From Syntrophobacteria bacterium (GTDB taxonomy: Bacteria; Desulfobacterota; Syntrophobacteria; BM002), in contig JBKHJD010000001.1 of assembly GCA_046538315.1 (NCBI GenBank), forward strand, positions 1 through 32,871: a stretch of DNA of 32,871 nucleotides, written 5' to 3'. A model generated the notes under the pieces. It saw only the letters and a list, made by a program, of their open reading frames with translations, did no database searches and had not been told where the DNA came from. Below are positions 16,948 through 24,225 of this stretch, piece by piece. The translations under genes were made by a program, and so were the position numbers. Positions within the stretch are counted from its first letter, which is position 1, and each line of letters opens with the position of its first letter.

Positions 16948-17227
16948 GGGTCAAGGGCGAGGCTGCGAAACCGCGAGCACCTAAGCAACCTTTGATTCAG
17001 CTCCTGGCCTTCGTAAGGCCCAGCATGAAGATTTGATGGTTTGTCAAAGCCCACACTTCCATAGATGGAGCGAAAATGCTCCAGCGAGCGCAGTTCCAAT
17101 CCCGCTCTTCAAGCGGGAGTGGATCGTAGCGAGCGAGTTGAATGAAATCGGCTATCCTTCCTTACATTTCGAAGCCGCCTTCAGGCGGATTCAATTGCTC
17201 GCGGTGGAGCAGACTCCCCCTTGACCC
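16948..17227. repeat. about 280-bp non-coding element bracketed by 32-nt imperfect inverted repeats (MITE-like element or structured RNA)
   Basis: 16948-16979 matches the reverse complement of 17196-17227 at 27/32 positions in register, including two exact 10-mers (GGGTCAAGGG and ACCGCGAGCA). Four internal GC hairpins and no credible ORF. Confidence 0.5.
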
Positions 17228-17239
17228 AGATCCGCCTCA

Positions 17240-18286
17240 TCACCTGTCCCGCTTGATCACCAGGCCCGGCCTGTGCAGGCCGCCCACGACCTCAAACCGG
17301 ACCGGCAGGAACTGTTCGATAACCCATACATTGGTAAGTAGGTGCCGGGTAACAGCGGATGTGGTTATCCTTTGCGTTCCTGGAACCAGGGCAAGGTAGA
17401 TGAGGATCTGATCAGCAAGGTGGAAATCCACTGCCGAACCAGAATCCAGAAAATCAAAGAGATCCCGAGCTGCTTCATCCGCCACCCGTTCGGCGGGTTT
17501 ACCACGTGCTCCCAGTGACGAAAATCCTGCAATCGACTCTTTCCCCTGAGCGCAGATAAAGACAAACGACCCGGCATCCAGGGCAGGGACATCGAGGACG
17601 GCAATACGTGCTTCTATGCCGGCTGCCTTCAAACGTTTCTGTAATTGTTTCTTCTGTCGCACCCTGATGTGTTCAGGCAGTCGACTGCTGGCCGAAATTC
17701 CTTCAATACACTCGAGTTCGAAAGGCTGGTCCAGTCCCAGCATTGCTGCGGGGGTTGCAGTTTTGATGGTAGCCTGTATTTCCCCACCTCCCCTCGGGTA
17801 CCAACCCCAGCGAGCCAGGGAAGCCTCACAGGGAAAGCCCAATCGGCCTATCATGGGAACAAATACCCGCTCCAGGTAATGGAAAGGTGGACTCCAGGGC
17901 ACATGGGTTCCGCCGCTGATCACTGTGACGGAGTCACCCGGCGCATGGGCAAGGGCCGGCAGGATGGTTTGCAGTACCAGGGTCACCGCGCCCGCCGTAC
18001 CGATGGACAGAATGTAGCTGCCGGCACGTACCGGTCCAGGCCTGAAAGTAAAATCCCGCGCGCCCAGACGGACACCGGCAACTTCAGATCCGCACACCTG
18101 GGTACAGGCCTGCACCGCCGACAGGTGCTGTGAGCGCAAACCCGGGTTCTTCCTATTTGCGCGGATATTGATCAGTCTAACCGGCTGGCCGGTGATGGCG
18201 GCAAGTGCCAGGGAGGTACGGAGGATCTGACCACCACCCTCTCCATACCCCCCGTCTACAGTGAGGACCTCTTCTGGTTTGCTCAT
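17240..18286 (-). CDS. rtcA: RNA 3'-terminal phosphate cyclase
   Basis: ORF 17240..18373 trimmed to ATG 18286. The strings DGGYGEGGGQILRTSLALAAITGQP, NPGLRSQHL, TAGAVTLVLQTILPAL and RHLLTNVWVIEQFLPVRF align well with E. coli RtcA as I remember it. Confidence 0.85.
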   Translation of the reverse strand: MSKPEEVLTVDGGYGEGGGQILRTSLALAAITGQPVRLINIRANRKNPGLRSQHLSAVQACTQVCGSEVAGVRLGARDFTFRPGPVRAGSYILSIGTAGAVTLVLQTILPALAHAPGDSVTVISGGTHVPWSPPFHYLERVFVPMIGRLGFPCEASLARWGWYPRGGGEIQATIKTATPAAMLGLDQPFELECIEGISASSRLPEHIRVRQKKQLQKRLKAAGIEARIAVLDVPALDAGSFVFICAQGKESIAGFSSLGARGKPAERVADEAARDLFDFLDSGSAVDFHLADQILIYLALVPGTQRITTSAVTRHLLTNVWVIEQFLPVRFEVVGGLHRPGLVIKRDR

Positions 18287-18294
18287 GAACTCCA

Positions 18295-18552
18295 CTACCT
18301 GCCCGAAGCTGACTGAATTCGGCTCCTTCCCCTGCCCCGCCCATAGAGTGCTTCGCGGTTCAGCAGACTGCACTTCAAAGGCTTTACAACTTCACCGATT
18401 TCCCATTTTGGACGCGTTACATCCTGAAGTAACTCCTTGATACTCGCCCAGGTGGTGGGATTGTAGTAAGGGCAGTTCTCGCCTTCATTGAAAAATTCAC
18501 AATGGTGTTTGCTCACATACTTTTCGTACTTTTTGCAATAAATAATCTTCAC
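18295..18552 (-). CDS. small Cys/His-containing hypothetical protein (85 aa)
   Basis: GTG start with AAGGAG about 13 nt upstream. The stop is 8 nt before the rtcA ATG. It contains CKKYEKYVSKHHCEFFNEGENC and an RGRGRSR tail. Codon composition is AT-rich (18481-18540 is 20/60 GC by hand count). Confidence 0.45.
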   Translation of the reverse strand: MKIIYCKKYEKYVSKHHCEFFNEGENCPYYNPTTWASIKELLQDVTRPKWEIGEVVKPLKCSLLNREALYGRGRGRSRIQSASGR

Positions 18553-18589
18553 TGATCCGTACTGGCTCCTTCTGTTTTCTTTTACTATA

Positions 18590-18618
18590 AGTTTAATACG
18601 AACAAATTAAGTTTGCAA
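18590..18618 (-). promoter_or_regulatory. candidate sigma70 promoter for the small-ORF/rtcA unit
   Basis: On the minus strand: TTGCAA (18613-18618), a 17-nt spacer, then TAAACT (18590-18595), in an AT-rich stretch just downstream of the rubredoxin terminator. Confidence 0.3.
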
Positions 18619-18715
18619 TCGGAGAACTGTAAGAGAAAGATTGAAGCGGCCGTGCAGTCTGCCGCAGGCCGGATGCAACAGGGCTCGCTGGTCCACTTCC
18701 CAACCGCCACCGTAG

Positions 18716-18753
18716 AGAAAAAGCGGCGGCCATTCTCTACAGGCCGCCGCTTT
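18716..18753 (-). terminator. rho-independent terminator after rubredoxin
   Basis: Perfect 9-bp GC stem, GCGGCGGCC (18723-18731) with GGCCGCCGC (18742-18750), and a 10-nt loop. It is flanked by A5 and T3, so the minus-strand transcript ends in a hairpin plus UUUUU. It lies about 40 nt after the rubredoxin stop. Confidence 0.7.
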
Positions 18754-18791
18754 GCACATGTCCGCGACATGAATGGGTTCAGTGCAGTTCC

Positions 18792-18953
18792 CTAGGTCTG
18801 TTTTTCAAACTCCTCCTTGCTCGCACCACACACAGGGCAACTCCAATCATCAGGAAGTTCTTCGAAAGGAGTTCCGGGGGGAATGCCTCCCTCATCATCT
18901 CCAACTTCAGGATCATACACATACCCGCAGACCTGGCAGACCCATTTTTCCAT
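18792..18953 (-). CDS. rubredoxin (53 aa)
   Basis: ORF trimmed to ATG 18953, with AAGGAGAGG upstream. The sequence [19 protein letters not shown]...[15 protein letters not shown] carries both CxxCG knuckles. Confidence 0.9.
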   Translation of the reverse strand: MEKWVCQVCGYVYDPEVGDDEGGIPPGTPFEELPDDWSCPVCGASKEEFEKQT

Positions 18954-19244
18954 AATCCTCTCCTTTCCCAGAAATTTTCGGGCGCCCTCACTGTTGGCCC
19001 CCGGGCAAAAAATCCGCTGCTCGATCATCACCAGGGTTGCTCTCGAACAATCTACATTCTTTGCGCTTCACGATCAAGGCTGCGGAGTGCCTCGAGCGTC
19101 TACTGTCATGGTGCCAAGGCGTCTTTACTCCAAGGCAAGCGTCCTCACCCCTCAAGCAGCGCCGGTTTTCAAGCGACCGCACATCCTGCTCCTCCAGGGG
19201 AACAGACCGGTCCTCGCTCCCTGGCCGCTGTGCGGTCTGTCGAA

Positions 19245-19622
19245 CTACTTTCCACAAATGGCTGAAATTTCCACCAGTACATCTCTGGGCAGCCTCGATA
19301 CCTCCACGCATTCTCGAGCCGGGAGAACTCCAGCAAAAAAAGAACTATAAACATCGTTGAAAATGGAAAAATCTTCCAGATTTTTCAAAAAACAGGTACA
19401 TTTTATGACATTTTCCAGTGTCATTCCGGCTGCCTCGAGGATGGCTTTCACATTCTCCAGCACCCTCCTGGTCTGCGTCTCCATATCTGGCCCGACTGTC
19501 TCCCCTGTTGCCGGATCCAGTGGCACCTGTCCGGAAACAAAGAGAAGGTTATGGTAGCGAATCGCCTGGGAGTACGGCCCGATGGCCGCAGGAGCCCTTT
19601 CGGTCGCAATGATTTCCCTCAC
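19245..19622 (-). CDS. ridA: RidA/YjgF family reactive-intermediate deaminase
   Basis: 125 aa. The strings APAAIGPYSQAI, LFVSGQVPLDPATGE and ECVEVSRLPRDVLVEI are typical of the family. Confidence 0.85.
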   Translation of the reverse strand: MREIIATERAPAAIGPYSQAIRYHNLLFVSGQVPLDPATGETVGPDMETQTRRVLENVKAILEAAGMTLENVIKCTCFLKNLEDFSIFNDVYSSFFAGVLPARECVEVSRLPRDVLVEISAICGK

Positions 19623-19856
19623 CCTTTTGTCCTCCTATCTGTTCAGCGTCTCAACCGGCTCACCGTCATATACCACTTGCAAGCTTGGCCGCACCCACCG
19701 TTTCTGTCCTGGACTGCCAGCTACCTTGCTTACAAAAGGCCACACCAGAAAACGGCACAGTGAAAACGCTTTCTTTGCTCTGGAGCAAAACCAGATAATG
19801 GACAATACTGCCAACCTACCATGGCACGAACCTCGTCCGGGGAACGGCTGAAGTGT

Positions 19857-19885
19857 TTGCAACAGAGCCAATCGTGTGCAATAAT
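19857..19885 (+). promoter_or_regulatory. candidate sigma70 promoter upstream of ttcA
   Basis: TTGCAA (19857-19862), a 17-nt spacer, then AATAAT (19880-19885). Confidence 0.35.
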
Positions 19886-19986
19886 CTCAACATCCGCGGA
19901 TGGACAATCTCTCTGGCCAATAAGGTGTCATCCAGGTTCCAAAATTCGAATTCCGCAGTCGGAACCCGTTTATCCGTTTATGTGGT

Positions 19987-20754
19987 ATGTCAAGGCATCC
20001 TCGTCCAAAAATGTCCTACATTGAGAAGAAGGTTCGCCGCCTTGTAGGCAGGGCTGTCCAGCGTTACGGGCTCATCGATGCAGATGATCGCATTCTGGTG
20101 GCACTCAGTGGTGGAGTGGACAGCACTTCACTGCTCTGGTTGTTGCATGATCGTCTTCAGCGGATACCCATCCCCTATGAACTTGTGGCGGTCCATGCGG
20201 ACCTCGGCTTCAAGGCATATGATTATTCACCTGTACAGGCCTGGGCGGAATCCCTCGGCATTCAACACCGGTTGATTCACTCGCAATTCGGTCCCAGGGC
20301 GCACAGTTCGAAAAACCGGGAGAATCCGTGCTTCCTGTGCTCCCGCCTGAGGCGGACCGCGCTCTTCAAAGCAGCAGACAATCTGGGATGTAACAAAATC
20401 GCCTTCGGCCACAATCTCGATGACCTCATCGAGACCTTCTTCATCAACATCATGTACGGTTCTCAGGTGGCCACCATGCTGCCGCGACAGCCTTTCTTCG
20501 CCGGCCGAATTACGGTTGTCAGGCCGCTTGCGCTCCTGAATTCAGAGACCATCCGCCGCTTTCACCGGACCCGAGGCTTCCCCGCCGCAGTCAACCCCTG
20601 TCCGTCAAAAAACAGTGGCAGGCGTCAGGAAATCCGCGACATGCTCCAGGGGCTCTACCGGAAAAATCGCAAGATCCGCGGCAACATCTTTCACGCCATG
20701 CACAACGTCGACCTGGAGTATCTTCCCTGTTACCAGCAGAAATCGAGAGACTAA
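19987..20754 (+). CDS. ttcA: tRNA 2-thiocytidine(32) synthetase-like PP-loop ATPase
   Basis: PP-loop LSGGVDS, the NPCFLCSRLRR (CxxC) motif, a third Cys in VNPCPS, and IAFGHNLDD. Neither ATG 19987 nor the alternative ATG 20011 has a clear RBS. Confidence 0.75.
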   Translation: MSRHPRPKMSYIEKKVRRLVGRAVQRYGLIDADDRILVALSGGVDSTSLLWLLHDRLQRIPIPYELVAVHADLGFKAYDYSPVQAWAESLGIQHRLIHSQFGPRAHSSKNRENPCFLCSRLRRTALFKAADNLGCNKIAFGHNLDDLIETFFINIMYGSQVATMLPRQPFFAGRITVVRPLALLNSETIRRFHRTRGFPAAVNPCPSKNSGRRQEIRDMLQGLYRKNRKIRGNIFHAMHNVDLEYLPCYQQKSRD

Positions 20755-20786
20755 CGGCCGCCTCGGCAGGGATCCCAGGAGGACGG

Positions 20787-21050
20787 CTACCTTTGGCTTC
20801 GGTAGTAGCTTCTGTGGAACTGCCTTGCTGGCCGGTACCTGTACTTTGTCCTGTACCACCTGTTGAAACGCCTCTCGTATTTTCTTCTCTGCTGAGGATG
20901 CAAATGGCTCCGCTGACGTACTGGATCATGGTACTGTTTATATTGCCTGTATTCCTCGACCCCATCGAACCATTTACCATCGTACCATATAGCGTGAGCC
21001 GTATTCGGCAACAGAAACATGAAAGCCAGAGCAACAATAACTTTTTTCAT
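20787..21050 (-). CDS. small secreted, extremely basic Arg/Tyr/Gln-rich protein (87 aa)
   Basis: GGGAGGA lies 7 nt upstream of ATG 21050. It has a canonical Sec signal, MKKVIVALAFMFLLPNTAHA / IWYDG. The mature part is rich in R, Y, Q, K and H and has no Cys. Confidence 0.6.
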   Translation of the reverse strand: MKKVIVALAFMFLLPNTAHAIWYDGKWFDGVEEYRQYKQYHDPVRQRSHLHPQQRRKYERRFNRWYRTKYRYRPARQFHRSYYRSQR

Positions 21051-21113
21051 GGCTGGATCCTCCCGGGTTGGAGACCACGTACATTGTCAAGAAGTACTCT
21101 CTTTTTCCGGGCA

Positions 21114-21527
21114 TTATCTATATGATAGAAGCACTACAGAAACCAGTGCAAATACTATCCCGATATACTGCAAAACGTGAATTTTCTCGCCCAGAAAAAT
21201 CATCGCAAGTATTACGGCAACTAATGGATATACAGCGGTCAACGAAGCAACTATAGAGACTTTACCCGCTTGAACTGCATACAGAAAGAACAAGAATCCT
21301 ATGTATCCTACTATCCCTGTAAGTAATGCCGGAATTATCCCTTTGATATTGGCCTCCAGTCTTTTATCGAGGCTGAGTAAAACCACAAATCCTACCAGCA
21401 TACCACCCAGCACCTCATAGACCAGCGCGCTTTTCGGACTTATATATTTCACTGCAACTTTGGGCAGAAATGCCCATAATCCAAAGCAACACAATGCCAT
21501 AAGGGAATTCAACAGCCATGTTCTCAT
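21114..21527 (-). CDS. single-domain EamA/DMT-superfamily membrane protein (137 aa)
   Basis: ORF 21114..21590 trimmed to ATG 21527, with GAGGA upstream. It has four or five hydrophobic helices and an EamA-like C-terminal pattern (AVYPLVAVILAMIFLGEKI..QYIGIVFALVSVVLL). Confidence 0.7.
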   Translation of the reverse strand: MRTWLLNSLMALCCFGLWAFLPKVAVKYISPKSALVYEVLGGMLVGFVVLLSLDKRLEANIKGIIPALLTGIVGYIGFLFFLYAVQAGKVSIVASLTAVYPLVAVILAMIFLGEKIHVLQYIGIVFALVSVVLLSYR

Positions 21528-21555
21528 AATGGTACATCCTCTATTCGAAGCTGGT

Positions 21556-22833
21556 CTATGCCGGATCAAGACACGGATTGAAGTAGCCAAACTTCACATG
21601 CGGGTAGGACCGCCGGATTCGTGCCATCATTTCCCTGATGCCGAGACTCGGGCCGTTCGCCTGGTATCCGATTCCCCGCAGGTACCACACGGGATCAATG
21701 CTGATATTGCGCAACTGAATCAGATCAAGACCGGTCTCATCAATAAGGCGCATGATGGCCTCCACCTCCTCTTCTGCGTCCGTAAGCCCGGGCAGACATA
21801 GAAGATTGATGGAGCAGAAGCCGCCCCGGGCCTTCATGAGCCGCAGGGAGGCGATGACATCCGAGAAGCCGTAGGTTCGTGGCCGGAAGTACCGGTTGTA
21901 GTATACTTCCCTGGCGCTATTGATACTTACCCGAATGCTGTCGAGACCATGGTCGCGCAGCGAGGCCACCGCATGTGGCAGGCTGCCGTTGGTGTTCAAG
22001 TTCAGGGTGCCGCGGCCTGTACGGGAGCGAATTAGATCAATGGCCGCGGCCAGAGTTTCAGCCTGCAAAAGCGGCTCACCCTCGCATCCCTGGCCGAAGC
22101 TCGCCACCGGATCCCCGGCGTTCTCGAGGTGGGGCGCCGCCACCTCTGCGACCTCCTCCGAAGTTGGAACAAAGCTGATCCGATCCTGGCAGGCACAGAT
22201 GGGGCTATTCGTCTGGAGACTGATACAGCCCAGACAGCCTGCGTTACACTGCGGTGATGTAGGAAGCGGTGCCTCCCAGCGTCCCAGAAAGTAATTCTTG
22301 GCGGCCGGGCAGCCATATGTGAGCGCACAGGTTCCCAGGTGCTGGATCAGGCGATTACCGCTACGCCGCGCAAGGGCCTGCCTGGTTCGCCTCTCCACCT
22401 CCCCCGCATCAAACCGGTCAATATCCTGCCGTGGCAGAGGATCCACCCGCGTACCTGCAACCAGAAACTGTCCGTCTTTCCAGCCTACCGCTGTGTAGCT
22501 GAACAGAGGCAGCACCGGAGCGTCCCGCTCCTGCTCGTAGGCAGCGGTGAGCAGTTGGGTGTAAGCAGGGGCCATGAAAGCAGCCACTGGACAAACCTTG
22601 TGCCCGGCACGGTACGGGTCCTCCGCGACAGTTACAAAATGCTGCTTCGTACGGTCGAAGCCCACAGGCAAGCGTCCGGGCAGGATAAAAAGCTCGCTAC
22701 CGGGCGGCAGCGGTTCAAGGAGGCCCTCATCAACCGGCAGGTGCCTACCGGCACTCGCACCGGCCATCTCCAGGTGAGGATGCTCGTAGATCTGACCAGA
22801 AGCATCCGCATAGACCATCCTGACGGCGCTCAT
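21556..22833 (-). CDS. radical SAM protein with ~190-aa N-terminal extension
   Basis: CxxxCxxC (CNAGCLGC) is followed by GQGCEGEPLL and NTNGSLP, a radical SAM core pattern. The N-terminal domain is of unknown function. Confidence 0.8.
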   Translation of the reverse strand: MSAVRMVYADASGQIYEHPHLEMAGASAGRHLPVDEGLLEPLPPGSELFILPGRLPVGFDRTKQHFVTVAEDPYRAGHKVCPVAAFMAPAYTQLLTAAYEQERDAPVLPLFSYTAVGWKDGQFLVAGTRVDPLPRQDIDRFDAGEVERRTRQALARRSGNRLIQHLGTCALTYGCPAAKNYFLGRWEAPLPTSPQCNAGCLGCISLQTNSPICACQDRISFVPTSEEVAEVAAPHLENAGDPVASFGQGCEGEPLLQAETLAAAIDLIRSRTGRGTLNLNTNGSLPHAVASLRDHGLDSIRVSINSAREVYYNRYFRPRTYGFSDVIASLRLMKARGGFCSINLLCLPGLTDAEEEVEAIMRLIDETGLDLIQLRNISIDPVWYLRGIGYQANGPSLGIREMMARIRRSYPHVKFGYFNPCLDPA

Positions 22834-22944
22834 TTTCTTCCTCGGCTTTTTTCCCAGCGGGAACTCTCGGCTGCCCCGCTACGCTGCAAATGGCTTGCCC
22901 TCGCACAAAGCTCGCATTTCCTTGAAAAGAACTCCTTCAACAGC

Positions 22945-23934
22945 TCATTGCCAGCTGTGTCTCCTTTTCGTCACCAGATCTTCAAGACGCCAGGGCTTGT
23001 CGGTACCGCCGCCCGCCCCGATGCGGTCCTCGCACTTTTGCCTCTGACATTGCCAGCACAGGGGATCTTCACAGGGGTCGAGGTGGACAATCACCTCATC
23101 AACTTCGTCCAGAGATTCCAGGAGGATCCTTTCTATTTCTTTGGCCTGAGCGTGTGCTTCCACCAGACCGTAGGTCCGCGGCAGGATCAGATGTAAGTCG
23201 AGATGAACCCGTTGTCCATAACGTCGTGCCCTGAGCTGATGAATGTCAATCCACTCCGGCTGCCTGTGCTGGTTGAGAATTTCCACGATCCTGCCCAGCA
23301 GTTCGGGATCCGCCCTGTCCATCAATCTTTGAAAAGACTCTCCCAAAAGCCGCCATCCGCTAACAACGATATTGACTGCCACGATGCAGGCCACCAGAGG
23401 GTCCCAGCGTTGCCAGCCGGTCAGGCGAACCAGTATCAGTCCCCCTACCACCCCGACACTGGTATAGACATCAGTCAGCAGGTGTTTGCCGTCCGCCTCA
23501 ACGGCGATGGATTTGATTCTCCTTCCAGTGCGGACCAGAGAGATCCCCAGCGCAAGATTTACCAGTGAGGTCCCCAGCATTACAAGGATACCCAGCTCCA
23601 GCTTGATGAGCACTCTTTCATGGAGAAAAGCGGGAATCGCCTTGTAGAGTATCGCGACAGCGGCCAACATGATGAGCGCCCCCTCGAACCCAGCCGAGAA
23701 GTATTCAACTTTGCCGTGCCCGTAAGGATGGCGGAAGTCTGGGGGTCGGCCACCCAGATAGACACTGTAGAGGGCGAAACCGCTGGTGGCTACATTGATG
23801 ATGGATTCCAGGGCGTCAGAGAGGATGGCTGCTGAGCCGGTGAGCATGTACGCCGCAAATTTAACGGCCACGAGCATCCCGCTCGCACATACGGCCAGGA
23901 TCATGAGGCGAAGGCTGCTCGTTTGTTGGGACAT
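22945..23934 (-). CDS. cation diffusion facilitator (CDF) family metal efflux transporter with Cys-rich C-terminal tail
   Basis: SAAILSDALESIINV, HPYGHGKVEY and LLTDVYTSVGV are CDF TM2/TM5 metal-site motifs. The tail reads CEDPLCWQCQRQKC. Confidence 0.85.
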   Translation of the reverse strand: MSQQTSSLRLMILAVCASGMLVAVKFAAYMLTGSAAILSDALESIINVATSGFALYSVYLGGRPPDFRHPYGHGKVEYFSAGFEGALIMLAAVAILYKAIPAFLHERVLIKLELGILVMLGTSLVNLALGISLVRTGRRIKSIAVEADGKHLLTDVYTSVGVVGGLILVRLTGWQRWDPLVACIVAVNIVVSGWRLLGESFQRLMDRADPELLGRIVEILNQHRQPEWIDIHQLRARRYGQRVHLDLHLILPRTYGLVEAHAQAKEIERILLESLDEVDEVIVHLDPCEDPLCWQCQRQKCEDRIGAGGGTDKPWRLEDLVTKRRHSWQ

Positions 23935-24062
23935 GACAACCCTGGTACCTGGGCAGGTAACCGGTGGGCATGGGTCACTGCCGCCCGGCCACTAAGGATG
24001 GTGCTCCATTTCAGAGAAAATTACCTGACGCAACAACTCATCTCATATGGTATAGTAGTTAA

Positions 24063-24091
24063 ATGATAGCGGTTGGTTACAGGTGAGTCAA
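24063..24091 (-). promoter_or_regulatory. candidate sigma70 promoter for the CDF gene
   Basis: On the minus strand: TTGACT (24086-24091), a 17-nt spacer, then TATCAT (24063-24068). This implies a leader of about 120 nt. Confidence 0.4.
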
Positions 24092-24225
24092 AGATAAACA
24101 GCTTGCGTAGCTCCCACAATTGCCGTACCCAGAAGCAGCAGAGACCGTCCCCCGGCCAGCTGTTGACAGGACAACAAGCAGGAATACCGCAGCGCTCCGG
24201 TCTGAACCTCGAGGGCAGATTCTCC

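Noticed and set aside
17093-17203. CRISPR-like look: two ~37-nt units, GTTCCAATCCCGCTCTTCAAGCGGGAGTGGATCGTAGC and TTTCGAAGCCGCCTTCAGGCGGATTCAATTGCTCGC, each with a stem-loop, starting about 75 nt apart.
   Set aside because: There are only two units. They are only loosely similar, with indels and roughly 60% identity. A third candidate at ~17039 breaks the periodicity, and there are no cas genes in the window. They are better explained as internal hairpins of the inverted-repeat-flanked element.
20787-22833. A RiPP-like cluster reading: radical SAM enzyme, small transporter and small peptide.
   Set aside because: The small protein has a standard Sec signal peptide rather than a leader peptide. 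It has no Cys/Ser/Thr-rich core. The radical SAM enzyme shows no SPASM/twitch Cys cluster. The sharp GC break separates the radical SAM gene from the other two genes, which argues against a co-evolved cluster.
23935-24060. A NiCo (czcD-type) riboswitch in the CDF leader.
   Set aside because: The GGGCA-containing segments I noticed are on the plus strand, which is antisense to the gene. I cannot reconstruct the four-helix consensus from memory on the correct strand. It is kept only as a suggested cmsearch.
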